Virus record (IMG/VR): IMGVR_UViG_3300045988_015525
Location: 1-5,592 of that record
Direction: 5' to 3' (one strand)
DNA from: a virus
DNA: 5,592 nt
Of the stretch, positions 4,892 to 5,592 are shown piece by piece; the first letter of the stretch is position 1; each line of letters opens with the position of its first letter. The notes under the pieces were generated by a model. It searched no databases. It saw only the letters and a program-made list of their open reading frames with translations, and was not told the DNA's origin. A program made the position numbers and the translations under genes.

Positions 4892-4930
4892 CAACTTTTT
4901 ACAACTTTTTACAACTTTTCGCAACTTTTT
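4881..4930 (-). repeat. Five tandem 10-bp units (phased A-tracts) running from the VP4 stop codon into the -35 element
   Basis: Coding strand: AAAAAGTTGC / GAAAAGTTGT / AAAAAGTTGT / AAAAAGTTGT / TGACAGTTGC. The period is exactly 10 bp. The plus strand reads gcaactgtca acaacttttt acaacttttt acaacttttc gcaacttttt. Confidence 0.9.
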
Positions 4931-5592
4931 ATAAACCTAAATTATCAAAATCACGCTCAAATTGTTCCTGCCGATGCTTTAAAATCTTCTCCTTGGCTTC
5001 CAAACGCTTACAATCTATAATAGCAGCCTTAGCATTTTCAGCCTTATTTTGCTTGTATATGCTATACCAAACAGGATTACTGCGCTCAAAAAGTGTTTGA
5101 TAATAACGAGGGATCTTATACTTAGCTCCGTTGATAGTAACAAAACCAAGCTTAAAAATATCCTCAGAATAAAGGCCGAAATAGTCTGCTCCTATGCCTG
5201 GCTTTAAAGAGCTGCCGACAAACTCCGGAGTAATGCCTAAAGCGTCATACATACAGGCATTTTTTCCAGTTTGTTTTTTTAGGCTATATTTAGCGACATA
5301 CCGGGCGGACTCAAATGTAATAGCTCCCACAGTGTTATAGCCATACGGCCAAAGCTTCTCCAAAGTCGGAGAGCGGAAAAGGTTGTAACCAGCTGTTAGC
5401 GCCGAGACTTTACGGACATCGATAGGAAACCAACCAAAGCACAAAATATGATAATGTGGACGGCGATTGAGATCGCCATACTCACCGCAACATAAAAAGC
5501 GGATCTTAGAATTATCATGGTAATCTAAATAGCGACGAAGTCGTTTAAAAAATAGCTGCAAATGGTCACGATGCAGCGAGCGATCGGCTGGC
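4929..5592 (-). CDS. VP4: Replication initiator VP4, 3' part. Stop TAA at 4931..4929; the ORF is open to the window end, and 5474-5592 duplicates 1-119.
   Basis: HUH motif RPHYHILCFG (HYH = 5456..5448). Two-tyrosine active site ARYVAKYSLKK (YVAKY = 5300..5286, verified as TAT GTC GCT AAA TAT). This is the Y-x-x-K-Y arrangement known from phiX174 protein A. The M at 5561 in the track is an internal TTG, not the real start. Confidence 0.93.
   Translation of the reverse strand, partial: PADRSLHRDHLQLFFKRLRRYLDYHDNSKIRFLCCGEYGDLNRRPHYHILCFGWFPIDVRKVSALTAGYNLFRSPTLEKLWPYGYNTVGAITFESARYVAKYSLKKQTGKNACMYDALGITPEFVGSSLKPGIGADYFGLYSEDIFKLGFVTINGAKYKIPRYYQTLFERSNPVWYSIYKQNKAENAKAAIIDCKRLEAKEKILKHRQEQFERDFDNLGL
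5474..5592. repeat. Terminal redundancy, copy 2 (identical to 1-119)
   Basis: See copy 1. Confidence 0.95.

Noticed and set aside
4838-4924. The N-terminal 29 codons of track ORF 4499..4924 (TTG start, MRKVVKSCKKLLTVAFPRGIIYTESEVCN)
   Set aside because: This stretch would be encoded by the 10-bp tandem repeats and by the -35 and -10 hexamers. There is no SD before the TTG, whereas ATG 4837 has GTGAGGT at proper spacing. The extension is better explained as regulatory DNA that happens to be open.
4891-4930. Repeated CAACTT on the plus strand, which resembles the CAACTTG of the phiX174 origin
   Set aside because: It lies on the strand complementary to the coding (packaged) strand, so Rep acting on the viral strand would see AAGTTG instead. 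The loop motif at 3451-3460 is on the correct strand and matches over 11 of 12 nt rather than 6.
4881-4930. The tandem repeats as a CRISPR array or minisatellite
   Set aside because: The units are 10 bp with no spacers, and there are only five copies placed directly against a promoter. Phased A-tracts or iterons fit far better.

Overview
The window is a complete, circularly permuted genome of a small ssDNA phage of the family Microviridae (Gokushovirinae-like). It is shown as the reverse complement of the coding (viral-sense) strand, so every credible gene is on the minus strand. Bases 1-119 are identical to 5474-5592. The unit circle is therefore 5,473 nt, and the linearisation point falls inside the replication-initiator gene. 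Order on the coding strand (descending coordinates): VP4 Rep (400..1 joined to 5473..4929, 314 aa); phased A-tract decamers plus a consensus sigma70-type promoter; a 112-aa ORF of unknown function; a VP5-like protein; a non-coding control region (C9 homopolymer, second promoter-like element, 6-1-6 palindrome, intrinsic terminator); VP3 scaffold; an intergenic region with a perfect 19-bp hairpin; VP1 major capsid; VP2 pilot protein; an 89-aa protein with one hydrophobic helix; and a 37-aa Arg-rich ORF absent from the ORF track. That ORF leads back into VP4. Most genes have an AAGGAG-type Shine-Dalgarno 6-10 nt upstream. Together with the TTGACA/TGnTATAAT promoter, this suggests a host with canonical SD and sigma70 usage (inference). 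The points most worth follow-up are: the hairpin loop, which reads ACTTGATAGTAA on the viral strand and matches the phiX174 origin nick site as I recall it at 11 of 12 positions; the promoter-equipped accessory ORF between VP4 and VP5; the C9 tract that decides where VP5 ends; and the promoter/palindrome/terminator module ahead of the structural genes. Protein family calls rest on my recognition of motifs, not on a database search.
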